From NCBI RefSeq assembly GCF_009914755.1, contig NC_060932.1: 64,000 nucleotides of DNA; one strand, written 5' to 3'. Source of the stretch: the human T2T-CHM13v2.0 reference genome, Homo sapiens. The notes under the pieces are model-generated. The model was not told the DNA's origin and searched no databases. It was given only the letters and a program-made list of their open reading frames with translations. Shown piece by piece: positions 15,865-30,054 of this stretch (position 1 is its first letter; every line of letters starts with the position of its first letter). The position numbers were made by a program, and so were the translations under genes.

Positions 15865-15900
15865 GGTGGTGAGGTCATAGAACACAAGCTTTAAAGTAAG
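15865..15900 (+). promoter_or_regulatory. ODF1: Candidate ODF1 core promoter: CRE-like TGAGGTCA (15870-15877) and TATA-like TTTAAA (15890-15895)
   Basis: Motifs lie about 120-150 nt upstream of the ATG; spermatid genes including rodent Odf1 are CREM-tau regulated. The TSS is not visible from sequence. Confidence 0.6.
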
Positions 15901-16017
15901 TGAATCATGTGTGCCTCATTTATTTTTAAAAGCAACTTCTGAGAAGGGCTTAGAACAAATTTTTTCCCTGAGTGCCATTTCCCAAAGGTACTCACAGAAC
16001 AATCAGGTGTGACCATA

Positions 16018-16337
16018 ATGGCTGCACTGAGTTGTCTCTTGGACAGTGTCAGAAGGGACATAAAGAAGGTGGACAGAGAACTAAGGCAACTGAGATGCAT
16101 CGACGAATTTAGCACACGGTGCCTGTGCGACTTGTATATGCACCCCTATTGCTGCTGTGACTTGCACCCATATCCGTACTGCTTGTGCTATTCCAAGCGA
16201 TCACGCTCTTGCGGCCTGTGTGATCTCTACCCATGTTGCCTGTGTGATTATAAGCTTTACTGTCTGCGACCATCTCTCAGAAGTTTGGAGAGGAAAGCCA
16301 TCAGAGCCATAGAAGATGAGAAGCGAGAGCTTGCCAA
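16018..16337 (+). CDS. ODF1: Outer dense fiber protein 1 (HSPB10), coding exon 1
   Basis: ATG at 16018 gives [49 protein letters not shown]...EDEKRELA, the ODF1 N-terminus; donor AA|GTAAAA after 16337 (phase 2). Confidence 0.98.
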
Positions 16338-17253
16338 GTAAAATAACTTATTTTTAAATTTTTATAGTCGGTATATTAGCCTTATAAGTTGGAATAAGGA
16401 AAAATATGTGACAATCAATAGTTGAACAAAGATTAAAAGGGTTCAGGATAATGACCCTGGTGACTTAGGAAAGATTTAAGGAAAGAAGAGTAAATGAGTC
16501 CATGATGGGAATTGTAGGGTTCTCAAAAGACAATGTAATGATGTCGATTGGCAAGGTCGTCGGTGGTTTATAGCAAGAATGCCAGTATGATAAATAATGC
16601 GGCTTTAATGAAGGGAAGAAACAGGGGGTGTCATTAAAAAGCCATTGGAAGCAGCAAACTAAACATTTTTCCTGGTTATGAGTAAAGTGATTTGAGTATA
16701 TTTGGACTTACAGAAATGACTACAGGAGAAGTAATAATAATAGATCAAATCCTTAATGTGTGCCAGAGGCTTTACAAGCAGGAGAGCAAATTGAACAGTA
16801 GAGGCATTGCCTTGGTTTTGTGGGAATATCATTCTCCTATCCCCCCACTCCAGGCAAAGACTTACCTTGTATCTGGAATTAGGTCTATCATGTTGGCCTC
16901 CCCTCTAACTCTAGCAAAGGTCTTGCAAATAAACTATGGCACTGAGTTGTAGCTTTCAGGATAGACTTGAAAGGCTTTTTAATTGAATTGGGTAATTAAA
17001 AAGAGTCAGTTTTTTAAAAAAAATTTTGTTTTAGATTATATTTTCTTTTTGCCTGGAGAAAACTTTCCTTTTCTAACTTTTTACATATGCCATTTAGTCT
17101 GTTACTGTTGATGAAAAAGATGGTTGAAAGTGCTGTCCCTGGTTAAATAAATAATACATTCATGCACTGGAATAATAAGTAAATATAGAAAGGATTGATG
17201 AAGCATCTTACATATTGATGTATTAAGTCAAACAAGCAAAGTGCAGAAAAACT

Positions 17254-17267
17254 GATAGACAGATGAC

Positions 17268-17301
<34 letters not shown>

Positions 17302-17325
17302 TTAGATAGATGATAGATAGATAGA
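17254..17325. repeat. (GATA)n tetranucleotide STR in ODF1 intron
   Basis: agatagatagatag... with interruptions. Confidence 0.95.
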
Positions 17326-17374
17326 GTCTCTTGACAACAGTGACAGTGATGTTTCTTTGGAAAAAGCAATAGGA

Positions 17375-17689
<315 letters not shown>

Positions 17690-18967
17690 GGATAATTATT
17701 GTCTAGGTCACCAGCCACCAATGGTCAGGAATGAACCTCCCTCATAGCCTGGGAGCTTTCACCTGTAAATTCATCTATACTCTTTGAACCAATGTTTGTT
17801 TTTATTTCTTAGGGCATCAAGTCACATAAATTGCTCACACTGTGAGGCAGGGACTCTTTTTAAAATATTTGGTCCAAGTTAAGGTTTCCTTGTGAGCAGA
17901 TCAGTATCCACTCTCCTCCTACTTTTGGATACTTGAATACCCTTGTCCAGGTCTTTCCAGCCTCTGTCTTCCTGGCTTCTCTCCTATCCCCAGACTCTAC
18001 CAATTAAAATCCCTCTCTGTCCTGTGCTGTCTACTCTCTTGATGCCTCTTTCAGAAGCCTTGTTTCTTGGCATGCAGTAGAAACAGCTTCAAGCTTAATT
18101 CTCGGCAGTGTAGTTTAGGCAAGAGGTAATGTTTTCTCTGGTTTGTGATGCTCTTCCTGACAGCGTCTGGGTCTTTGCCTATTTTTTCTCTGCCTGCAGG
18201 CAATATGTGAAGCTGGTGATGTCTTTACATTAATTTCTGGATCTCGGAAATGATAACTCCAAGTCCATTGTAGAAATGACCTCAGGCTTGTCCTCTTTAT
18301 CTCTTCCAATTCACACCACCTTGTGAAATTTCTATGCTCTATTTCTGACAACTTGACATTTCACTCTCCAGAAGGGCTTAGTGTCACTTGCAAACCTAAA
18401 TATTCAATTTTCCTGAATATGGGTGAAAATGTTAAACCCTGATTCTAGCCTCAGTCCCAGAAGGCCCCCAGTGTAGTATTTTTTCTTCTAGTGCAATGCC
18501 TTTTATTCTTATCTCTAAGCTAGCGCCTGATCCATAACTAAATAGATGCAGAAATATCATGTTGATTCAATTTTTTAAAACAATCTTTGGTGTGAAAGCT
18601 TGCCCAAGGCTTTTTGAGTTTAGAATTCATATTCACATGACCTTCCTCCCCTTTAAAGAATGCAAGGGGGTTGGTTAGTTATGACATATCCTTTCAGATG
18701 GCAGGCTGTGTTGTCCAGAAGGTTCTTTGCCCAATATGAAGTAAAGACTCTATAGTCTATAGTTGCCTTGGCCCCCTTGAAACTGTTTTTCTGTGTCACA
18801 GTCAATCTGCTGTGTCTCTGGGTCCTCCTTTAATAACTGGTAAAAAGCCTCAACTAACAATTTCTTAATTGATCCCACAGGTTTCTTGAGCACTCCTGAC
18901 TATATGTTATTTGATTGATGCATGTGTGTGGTGTTTTCTTAGACTGGGCATAGAAAATCCAATCCAA

Positions 18968-19277
18968 GCTGGGTGCAGTGGTTCACACCTGTAATCTCAG
19001 CACTTTGGGAGGCTGTAACAGGAGAATTGCTCAAGTCCGGGAGTTTGGGACCAGCCTGAGCAACACAGGGAGTCCCCATCTCTATAAAAATTAAAATAAA
19101 AAAATTAACCAAGTGTGGTGGCACATGCTTGTGGTCCCCGGTACTCAGGAGGCTGAGGTGGGAGGACTGCTTGAGCCTGGGAGGTCAGGACTGCGGTAAG
19201 CCATGATTATGCCACTACACTCCAGCCTGGGCAATAGAAAGAGACCCTGTTTCAAAAAATAAATAAATAAATAAAAG
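18968..19277 (+). mobile_element. Alu (J-like)
   Basis: TSD aaaatccaatcca. Confidence 0.92.
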
Positions 19278-20569
19278 AAAATCCAATCCATTTCCATTCT
19301 TTATTGGGCAGCTGCTTCAGAAGACACCGTGTTGGCAGTGTCTTCCTTAGTAGAGACCCAAGTAAGCACCTTTGTTTCTGTAGCTTCTTTGATATCCTCT
19401 TTTCCTCCCCAAGAGGCAGGCGGTGTCCCTGTCTCTTCCTCCCTCTTCTGGATTTAGAGGGGCTGAGGGGACTGCATTGGTTTCCTTTGTCAGAAGCCAT
19501 GCCACCAGCCTGATTTAAGTTGTAACTGATTCACCACCACATTTCATGGGCTTCCCTGCCCTCTGTCTTAGAGCCGGAGAAACAAAACCCAGGCCCTCCT
19601 CAATCTTGCCCTAGGAGTTTATTATCTAATTCATGGGTGCCCCATGTGGCCAGGACACCAAGCAGTCCTCGTGAGCAAATGAACCTTGATTTACAGCTGT
19701 ACTCTTTACCGGTACCTAGAAACGAATCCTGAGACCGTGTTTCTGTCCACGTACCCAAGTGTCTGTGGTTGGCACGAATCTCAGTGAAAAATTCCCTTGA
19801 AATCCCCACACCAGGGGCACTCTCAAAACTTCAAAAATCTGCCTTCTCATTTCTTGGTTCCCCCTTCATGCTCTGAGGATGAGGTTTTCACTGAATCCAC
19901 TCTTGCTTGGTGAGGCTGATGACAGTCAGGCCTCATGGTGAGCTCTTTGTGGATTTAGAGGTGCCTTGCCCAGGTCTAAGCCCTCAGAGAAAACATTCTA
20001 GTCTCTCTCATTCTCTGACCCAGAGGTCGGAGTATAAGTGAGCGCTATGGGGCTTTCTGGCTGGTGAAAGGCTGGCTCTTCCACTCCCACTGAGGGGAGC
20101 TCTCCCTTGTTAACCTCTGTGTCCTCTGCAGAAGTGGAAGTGAGTTGGGCCCTTGGCTGCCTCTCATCATAGACTCTTCACATCCATAGTTCTCAGAGCT
20201 CAGTCACCCCTTGGCTGTGGGGGTAAGAGTCTCTCCCCATCTAGGCCAAATGCATTGGTATGATTTGGTTTGACCTTGCTGTTTATTGATATAAGACTTA
20301 AAGCTTCAGATTAGGGCAAGTCCATGTAAGGTGGGGCCTGGTGCAGCTTGATTAAGAAGACATACACTTTATTGAGTGAAACTGTTACTAGCACTTCATG
20401 TTCATTTAAGCCTTGTAACATGGGTGACATGTTGGGTGATATTATCTTGGTCATCTTACAGACAATGAAACAGAGTCAGGGGCCATGTTCTTGATCACTA
20501 GGTGGTGGCAGAGCCAAGACTTGAAGCTGTGTGTGCCCGAGTCTGGAATCCGTGAGCTTAATCTCTGGT

Positions 20570-20950
20570 CAGTGGTTCTCGAAGTGTGGCCCCTGAAGCT
20601 GATTAGTAGCATTACCTGCAGCATGTTAGAACTGCAGATTCTCAGCTCCACCCTAGACCTGCTAGCTCTGAAACCTCTGAAACTCTAGGGGTGGGATCAA
20701 GCCACCTGTGTTTTTTGTTGTTGTTGTTTTGTTTTGTTTTGTTTTGTTTTGTTGAGATGGAGTATTGCTCTGGCGCCCAGGCTGGAGTACAGTGGTGTGA
20801 TCTCGGCTCACTGCAACTTCTGCCTCCTGGGTTCAAGCGATTCTCCTGCCTCGGCCTCCTGAGTAACTGGGACTAGAGGTGCGGACAACCACGCCTGGCT
20901 AATCAGCCACCTGTGTTTTAACAAACCCTGCAGGAGAGTCAGATGCACCT
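20570..20950. mobile_element. MER5A-like element split by an antisense Alu right arm (about 20711-20903)
   Basis: cagtggttctcgaagtgtgg...; TSD agccacctgtgtttt on both sides of the Alu. Confidence 0.75.
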
Positions 20951-22457
20951 GTGCCATGCTGCCTGGCTCCCTGCTGAGTGACATTGTCCTCAGTATCAAC
21001 CCAAAAGCCTGGAGAAGAGAGAAAAGGCTGGAAAATAAGAGAAAAGGAGAAGAAAGGAGAAGAGAAGGAAAAAGATGTGTTGGAAAGAGAGGGATTGAGT
21101 TTAAATGGGTCTTTGGGATGGGGCTAAATTCAGGAGAAAAAGCAAAGTACTCCAATGCAGCCTAGAGGAAGGCCTGCCCCACCTGGTTCCCTGATAGAGG
21201 TAGACATTTTTCACATCTTCATTACTTTATTCATGACCCGGTTAAATCTGATTTTTATCTTTGAGAAGATGGCTGGGTATGCAGCTGATCATTGCTGTGG
21301 GCAGCATGTTTCATATTCGGGAGTTTGGTTGTACATCCGGGTGAAATTTAGCATTAGCAGGGAGGAGAGGAGGCCGCACAGAGCAGCAGACACAGGCACT
21401 GGCTGTCTGCTAGCTTTCCCCAGCTTTCCTAAGAGGCTTCTGCAAAGGAGCTGATTTCCCTATGTTTATTGAGGCTAAGCTTCGCCCCCATGATAACAAG
21501 TATAGGAGGCAAACTCCCTTTGCGCAGAACCCCATAGAGCCATGGAAAATTCCAGGTGGGGTGATGGGGACATCACCAGGCAGGAGTCAAATTGCAAGTT
21601 CAGAGTTGAGTCTGATGAGTAAAATGTGGCTTCTGCAGTTTCCCCTAAACCAACACATCTTCCCTGATAACCACTGACTTAGAAGCAAGAAGAAAAAGAA
21701 GTATGATCTGGCCAAGACTTTTTGGGCAACTTCCTGAAGACATTTGTGAGATCCTTGTGTGCTGTCGCAGAGCCACAGGAGCCAAAGTGACCAGAATAGA
21801 GAAAAAAGAGGAACCCAAGCAACAAAATACATGAAATTGTGCCCTGGGACCCAGGTTACTTAGAGATGAATCTGGGCGCTGACTTGGGCTTATAGACCTG
21901 GCTCCCAGATCCAGCTTCTGTGGAGGTCAAGAGGGCTTTGCCAAAACCAGCTGTGGCCATAGCCAGGGCCACTAGCAAGGACTCCTAGTTGGGGCCCTTG
22001 GCCCTCCTTTAGGAGGCCTGGCTGCATCATCCTGGTGGGATTTGATGTTTCTCATCTCATATGAGAAGATCTGAGCTGAACAGGAGAAGTTTGATTCTCA
22101 GACCATGCACACACCGTGGGAGAGTCTTGAAAGGCCCAGAGAGTGCCCATCTTGCTCTGTGCTTCCCCTTGGCCTTGGCTGCTCTGGCTTTAAGCCTGTA
22201 ATCTATCCAGAGAGGGTACCATGCCTGGAGTTTGGGCTGGTTCCCTGAATCTTTGTGAGCTATTTTCTGCCCATCCAGCAAGATAGAGTGCTTGTTCTCC
22301 TGCTTACCTCACAAAGATAAAGATTTCAAACAGTTCAAAATTCTCCTACTTCTCGTTAGTGTGGCATAGGGTACCCTGGCACACCCAGGGCAAGAAAGAC
22401 AATCATGCCCCATGCCACCCCCAGGTTTCATGGGGCCAGAGGTAGAAATGGGGCTGA

Positions 22458-22765
22458 GGCCGGGCGCGGTGGCTCACGCCTGTAATCCCAGCACTTTGGG
22501 AGGCTGAAGTGGGCGGATCACAAGGTCAGGAGATCGAGACCATCCTGGCTAACACGGTGAAACACCTTCTCTACTAAAAATACAAAAAATAATTAGCCGA
22601 GCATGGTGGCGGGCACCTGTACTCCCAGCTACTCAGGAGGCTGAGGCAGGAGAATGGCATGAACCTGGGAGGCGGAGCTTGCAGTGAGCAGAGATCGCCT
22701 CACTGCACTCCAGCCTGGGCAACAGAGCGAGACCCCGTCTCAAAAAAAAGAAAAAAGAAAAAAAA
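22458..22765 (+). mobile_element. Alu (Y-like)
   Basis: gagatcgagaccatcctggctaacacggtg diagnostic stretch; TSD agaaatggg.ctga. Confidence 0.93.
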
Positions 22766-23034
22766 GAAATGGGACTGAATACAGTCCTCTGGGTGTATTA
22801 CACAAGTTGTTTCTGTTTGCCTCAGTGTCTTCTGGGACTGAGTTCTGTTTGATCATTTTATAATTAGCCACTAAGAGTCTTGATCTGTAACTTTCAGTAC
22901 AAGGGTAGTGAGCACTCAAACTGTTATCTAATCATGTTAGGGCTTAAGTGGAAAATACAGATAAAAATCAGTACGTATAGCATGATTTCATAAGAACACA
23001 TACAAAACTCTCTCTCTACATGTATATAGAACTA

Positions 23035-23080
23035 CACACACACACACACACACAGACACATACTCACACACACACTCACA
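23035..23080. repeat. (CA)n microsatellite
   Basis: Interrupted CA run. Confidence 0.9.
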
Positions 23081-23364
23081 TAAAGTCAAACACCAAAATG
23101 CTAAGGGTTATATGAGATTATAGGTATTTTTAAAATAGTCCATATGTTTACTTATCTGTATTTTGAGTCTTCTACAATGAACTTGTATAACTTATGTAAC
23201 AAAAAGAAGTAACTGCGTAAACAAAATTCAACATACAAAAGTGATATAGTGATAATTACATCTGCATCACAGTTATTATTGTAAAGATTAAATGAAATAT
23301 GCCTTTAACATGCTTAGCACCTTCCACAGCACATTGCAAAAAAAAAAAAAGAAAAGACAAAACC

Positions 23365-23585
23365 TTAACATCCTATGTGCCAAGTATTATTGTAAATATT
23401 TTCTTGCATTAACTGATTTAAGCCTCACAACAACCCTATGATGTAGGCTATTTTTATTGTCCCAGTTTTACAGATGAGGAAACTGAGGCACCGAGAAGTA
23501 AGTTATCCACATGTTAGAGCCAAGCTTTAAACCTCGATACTCCAGTTCCAGAGTCTGTTCTTAGGCACTTTGCTTTACTACCTCT
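23365..23585 (-). mobile_element. MIR
   Basis: cctcacaacaaccctatg...ttttacagatgaggaaactgaggcac core. Confidence 0.8.
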
Positions 23586-23689
23586 TGACGGATCATAACT
23601 GATCAATTAGTGTGAGCTGCTGTTGTTATTTTTATTAAGGATTTACACAATAGAATTAGTGAATAGCAACAAGGTAGGAACCACAGTAG

Positions 23690-23873
23690 CTCTGCAGTGA
23701 GGACAGAGGAGAGCCCTAATATGTAGCATTTTCCAATTTCCATGGTGTAAATATCCTCATCATGACTATGATTGATTTCAAGCTATCAGCGTGCAGTACT
23801 AACTGGGGATCGGGAAGAGATGTACACGATCAGCTCTTGCTAGCTGATGTGATCCTGATTATGGACACCACTG
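23690..23873 (+). mobile_element. MER63-like relic
   Basis: atttccatggtgtaaatatcc...gatttcaagcta...gggaagagatg...acaccactg. Confidence 0.65.
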
Positions 23874-24289
23874 AGAGGTTGTTCTGTATCTGATCAACAC
23901 GGCCCCACCCAGCTGACTGCCTTTCTGCTAGTGCTAGCTGTCCAGAGGCTAGAGTGACTTCCCAGCCTGGAGGAGCCAGGCGCTGGGCAAAAGACTTTCA
24001 CACAACACCAGCCTGGGCAGAGCCAGGCCAGGGCTCTCCTGCCATCATTGTTTGATTGAGCTTTCAGGCTGTCTCTGTGCAATTGCAAGAGGTAGCACCT
24101 GTCCCATGAACCAGTAGGGCTGGGTTCGAAAGCTGACAGCCATCTCTAAAATGCAGATTTTAAGTGGTATCTTAGTTATATCCCATTTTTTAATCTATAT
24201 AAATATAAAATATAATTTTTATATAATTTAATTATAGTTATATACACAATTTAATTACAGTAATAATAATGAGAGTGGTAATAATTAAG

Positions 24290-24490
24290 CAGGATTTATA
24301 ATGTATGAAGCACAGTGCTAAGTAAAATATCATAATCTCATCTAATCCTCCAATAGCCCTATATGATGCAGGCATTATTATTGTTATCATTATTATTATC
24401 TCCATTTTGCAGATGAGGAAACTGAGGTACAGAAGGGTTAAGGAACCTACACAAGGATCAATAATAAGAGGAGGAGCTGGTATTTCAATA
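24290..24490 (-). mobile_element. MIR
   Basis: ccattttgcagatgaggaaactgagg core. Confidence 0.75.
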
Positions 24491-24738
24491 CGAGAGAAGA
24501 TTTGGAAGGGCAGGCAGCACGCATTCATTGTTAACAGCTGTGTACTTGCGGGGCAGTGTGATTCGCATGGGTGGACTCACACTTTTTACTTCATGCATTT
24601 GTGTAAAGTGTATTTTCACAATGGCTAGTATTAACTTTGGCTATTTCAAAAGCTAGAAATCAAAATATTGCTTCTCAAGCTGTGTCTGGATTCTGAGGTC
24701 TGAGCTCCCTCCCACCCTATCCCTTTTCTCAATTCCAG

Positions 24739-25144
24739 ACTGAGAAGAACAACAAATAGAATTCTGGCTTCCTCCTGCTGTAGCAGTAACATTTTAGGAT
24801 CGGTGAATGTATGCGGTTTTGAACCCGATCAAGTCAAAGTTCGAGTGAAGGATGGAAAGGTATGTGTGTCGGCTGAGCGGGAGAACAGGTACGACTGCCT
24901 TGGATCGAAAAAGTACAGCTACATGAACATCTGCAAAGAGTTCAGCTTGCCGCCCTGTGTGGATGAGAAGGATGTAACATACTCCTATGGGCTCGGCAGC
25001 TGTGTCAAGATCGAGTCTCCTTGCTACCCTTGCACTTCTCCTTGCAGCCCGTGCAGCCCCTGCAGCCCCTGCAGCCCATATGATCCTTGCAACCCGTGTT
25101 ATCCCTGTGGAAGCCGATTTTCCTGTAGGAAGATGATTTTGTAA
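24739..25144 (+). CDS. ODF1: Outer dense fiber protein 1, coding exon 2 (alpha-crystallin-like domain and C-X-P repeat tail)
   Basis: Acceptor cccttttctcaattccAG|A completes Lys107 and continues [34 protein letters not shown]...[27 protein letters not shown] at 25142-25144; spliced CDS 320+406=726 nt = 241 aa. Confidence 0.98.
25039..25110 (+). repeat. ODF1: Coding 9-bp repeat (Pro-Cys-Ser/Asn) in the ODF1 C-terminus
   Basis: CCT TGC AGC CCG TGC AGC CCC TGC AGC CCC TGC AGC CCA TAT GAT... Confidence 0.92.
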
Positions 25145-25258
25145 AGTGCGCATAGGAACCCATTACTTAATAGAAGTCAGTTACTCCAGCCAGGCAGCTC
25201 TCCCAATGTTTCTCCTCTCCTTCCCATGGCCCCTGTTGTTGAAGTACGTAGGAAACTG

Positions 25259-25290
25259 AATACATAACTGCAATCTGCTGGTGTTGTGTG
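25259..25290 (+). terminator. ODF1: Candidate non-canonical poly(A) signal AATACA with downstream GT-rich element
   Basis: No AATAAA close after the stop; AATACA at 25259-25264 is followed by ggtgttgtgtg at about 25280-25290. Confidence 0.55.
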
Positions 25291-25855
25291 AAAGTCTTTT
25301 GGTTAAACCCACTGCAGGAGCCCTGCAGAGTTAGTGAACATTGGAATAATTAGTGGATGGGAATAGAAGGACGATATGGTGAGATCCACCCTCCCATTCC
25401 CTCCTCCATACTCAACTACCTCCAAACTCCAGGAGAAGACACTCTTCTGGTGGGCATCCCCAGACATTGTTTTCCAGATCATCCAGTGAAATGGCCTAGC
25501 CCAGAAACCAAATGGTCAAAGCAGAAACAGATTAGTTAGAGTTGAAGGAAACACTTTTTCAAAGCTACTGCAGTAGGGAGTCTGGAAAAGAGACTCCTCG
25601 AGCACAGTGGGATTGTGGTTTTACTGGACAATGATCAGGATACAAAAACTACGGGGTGGTAGGTGGGACGAGGGGCATGTTTGCTGGCCAAGGCGGGGTG
25701 GCCATACAGCTTGTCATTTTTCAACATTCTTGTGGTTTGGGGGATTGGCCAGCTCTGGTTAGTATATGGATGCCAAACAAAACATTAAAAAAAAAAAAAG
25801 CATAAACATACCAGCTTTGGTTTGCAACTGGCTTGAGATTTATTACAACTATCTC

Positions 25856-26498
<643 letters not shown>

Positions 26499-26809
26499 CT
26501 GTCTCCTTTCCTTAATTTCTGAAACTGCTTTTAGACACAGAAGTTCAATTCAAAGTTCAGGAGTGGAAAAGTACAGCTTTCACAAAATGATAGCGTAAGT
26601 CACCTGAACTTGGATCTGCCTGGAGGACACAGCCCATGAGCCATTCTTTATTACCAGGATTGAAATAAGTGTAAAGAAAGTACGAGATGATGGGGAACAA
26701 TCAGAATGAGGATACTGGCTGGTTTCAAACCTGACTCTCAGAGGGAACATAAAACCCTCCAGTTTGCACAGTAAGTCTCTTCATGAGTTTCAGCTGCATG
26801 TGGGTGAAG

Positions 26810-27065
26810 GCAGTAGTTCTCAGCATTGGCTGCACATGGGGATCACTGGGGGCGCTTTAAAAATATGGATGCCAAACAAAACATAAAAAAACAAAGCTAA
26901 ACTAAAACTAAAAACTAGAAAAGGCAAAAATTAAAACAAAATACAGATGTCTATGTCCTTTCTCCAGATAATCTAATGTAATAGACTTGAGATGCAACCT
27001 GGGCATTGTGACTTTTAAAAGCTTCCCAAGTGATTTAAGAATGCAGCTAAGGTTGAGAAGCTCTG
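26810..27065. mobile_element. MER5-like element containing an A-rich insert
   Basis: cagtagttctcagcattggctgcacat...aaggttgagaagctctg termini. Confidence 0.7.
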
Positions 27066-27114
27066 GATGGGATATTAAAGCTATCCCAGCCTTTTATTTT
27101 AAAAGCTTCCTTTA

Positions 27115-27735
<621 letters not shown>

Positions 27736-29264
27736 TCACAGACAAAAAGCTTCCTTCAAGTTCAAGGCTGAAGAATATTGATGGTGGTAACAGATATATT
27801 TTGCTTCCAATTAAGGGAAGTAATGGCCCTCTAAAAGAAGTGGTGAATAAAACATATTGAACATTTCAAAAATTTACCTGTATAAGTATCTTGCCATGTT
27901 TTGAATATATGTTTATAAATATTCTATTTTCTAAGATACAAATTTTTGGAAAATGATTTCGAAGAAATTTCACCCTAGAGAGTCAATGGGATGTCACTGG
28001 GGTCTTTGGCAGCCACCAGTACTTCTTCAATGTGGAAAATAAACACTAAAAAACATATTTTTACAAACCTGAAGCATTTATCGATAATTTTATTGTGTCT
28101 TATATAAATCCACTGAGGTCCTAACACGTTGGATAAGCAGGAACTTCTGTCCTCTGGTGGGCGCCATTCCAGGACACTCTTAGGAACAGTTCATTCTTTG
28201 ATTCACTCACACACTGACCCACCCTCCTTTCTGTTGGTCCTGCAGCTCATCCATTCATCCATCAACCTGCCAGCTAGACTTTATCATTTTGAATGCCAGA
28301 TACCGTGCTCTGCAACAGGGATGGAGAGAGAAAGCATCCTTTTCACAAATGCCTCACACTAGACTGAAGGAGGGATGCTATAAAGGGGCTCAGGGTAGAG
28401 GGGGGAGACAGCCAAAGAAACTGAATGTACAAGAGCTAGAGAGGACAAATGGGCCTTCCAGACTGGCCCTGGGCATTCCCAAGATTTATTGTCAACATCC
28501 CTGTCTCAAAGGAAGCTTCAGGTAAGCCTGAGTCTGGCCTGCAGGGAATTGGTGGCCTTGGTCTGCTCACCACCCCTATAGGGAAAGACTTGCTAGAAAG
28601 ACAAGGATGTATCTACTGAGTCCACTGCTCTGAGTAATTCACAGTGCCAGGAGCTTCTATATTTTAAGGCAAGACTAAGCTCCGTGATGTACTTGTCAGC
28701 GCACTTGACAGTGTGGGATCAAGAAGTAAATCAAACAGTGTGGGAGTGAAGTGCCCTCCAATCTCAGAGAAAGTGCGGGGAGGTGAAGCAGGCCTGGGTG
28801 GGAGGCAGAGCCTGGCTGTGGGCCCTGTCTGAGGCCTGCAGGAAAGGCACAGAGCAGGGCTTAGTCCATGAACTAACTGGGTTCCTGAGGATGGGGAGGA
28901 AGTTGATACAAAGGAGAGGAAAGAAGAAACATTTGCTGTTTTCAAAATTGCCCTTGGCTGGTCAGATGAACCCCAGAGCTTGGACAGCTCTGCTGTGGCC
29001 TTTAATGCAATTTTGTAGGTCAGGGTCCAGCCGTAAACACCTGACCCCATCTACCTGGGTGGGAGATGGGAATGGGGGTGACTCTTGAAGGTGCAGAAGT
29101 GAGAAATCGGCCCACATGGGAACTGAAAGACGAGAGGCTCTGAGCTGCTCCACTGCCCCGCACATGTTATGAATGAACATGTAAATTAGGCAAATGTGCC
29201 ACCTTCTAATAAACATGCTTGGTAATACTGTAGAACTAAGAGCAATGAAGATAATTACACTTCT

Positions 29265-29568
29265 TTATTATTATTATTATTTTTGAGACAGGGTCTTGCT
29301 CCATCGCCCAGGCTGAAGTGCAGTGGCACAATCTTGGCTCACTGCAGCCTCAAATTCCAGGCTCAAGCAATCCTCCCACCTCAGCCTCCTGAGTAGCTGG
29401 GACTACAGGAACATACTACCATGCCTGGCAAATTTTATGTATTTTTTTTGTAGAGATGGGGTCTTGATATATTGCCCAGGCTGTTCTCAAACTCCTGGCT
29501 TCAAGTGATCTGCCCGCTTCAGCCTTTCAAAGTGCTGGGATTACACCTGTGAGCCACCACACCTGGCC
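29265..29568 (-). mobile_element. Alu (J-like)
   Basis: (TTA)n tail; TSD attacacttctt. Confidence 0.92.
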
Positions 29569-29751
29569 TGATCATTACACTTCTTAGTGTTCATGGAATA
29601 TATTTTAGAGCCAAAGAGCTATTTCACTGGATTATGAATTTAAAATTTCGCAGGTATAGGACTGGGGAGAATCCATACCCAATGACTATCTTGTATTATT
29701 TGATTTCTTTTAAAGCTCAGGTAGTGGATTATTTTATAAAATGATATTATT

Positions 29752-30054
29752 GCGCCAGGCGTTGTGGCTCACGCCTGTAATCCCAGCACTTTGGGAGGCT
29801 GAGGTGGGTGGATCACCTGAAGTCAGGAGTTCGAGACCAGCCTGGCCAACATGGTGAAACCCCATCTCTGCTAAAAATACAAAAATTAGCCGGGCATGGT
29901 GGTGGGTGCCTGTAATCCCAGCTACTTGGGAGGCTGAGGCAGAATCTTTTGAACTTGGGAGGCGGAGGTTGCAGTGAGCCAAGATCACACTATTGCACTC
30001 AGCCTGGGCCGCAAGAGTGAGACTTCATCTCAAAAAAAAAAAAAAAAAAAAAAA
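29752..30054 (+). mobile_element. Alu (S-type)
   Basis: TSD aaaatgatattatt. Confidence 0.95.

Noticed and set aside
15907-15942. 11-codon uORF upstream of ODF1
   Set aside because: Its ATG is only about 12 nt after the TATA-like box, so probably upstream of the main TSS; cannot be supported without TSS data.
24794-25153. 119-aa antisense ORF over ODF1 exon 2
   Set aside because: Shadow ORF of the repetitive coding strand; no independent evidence.
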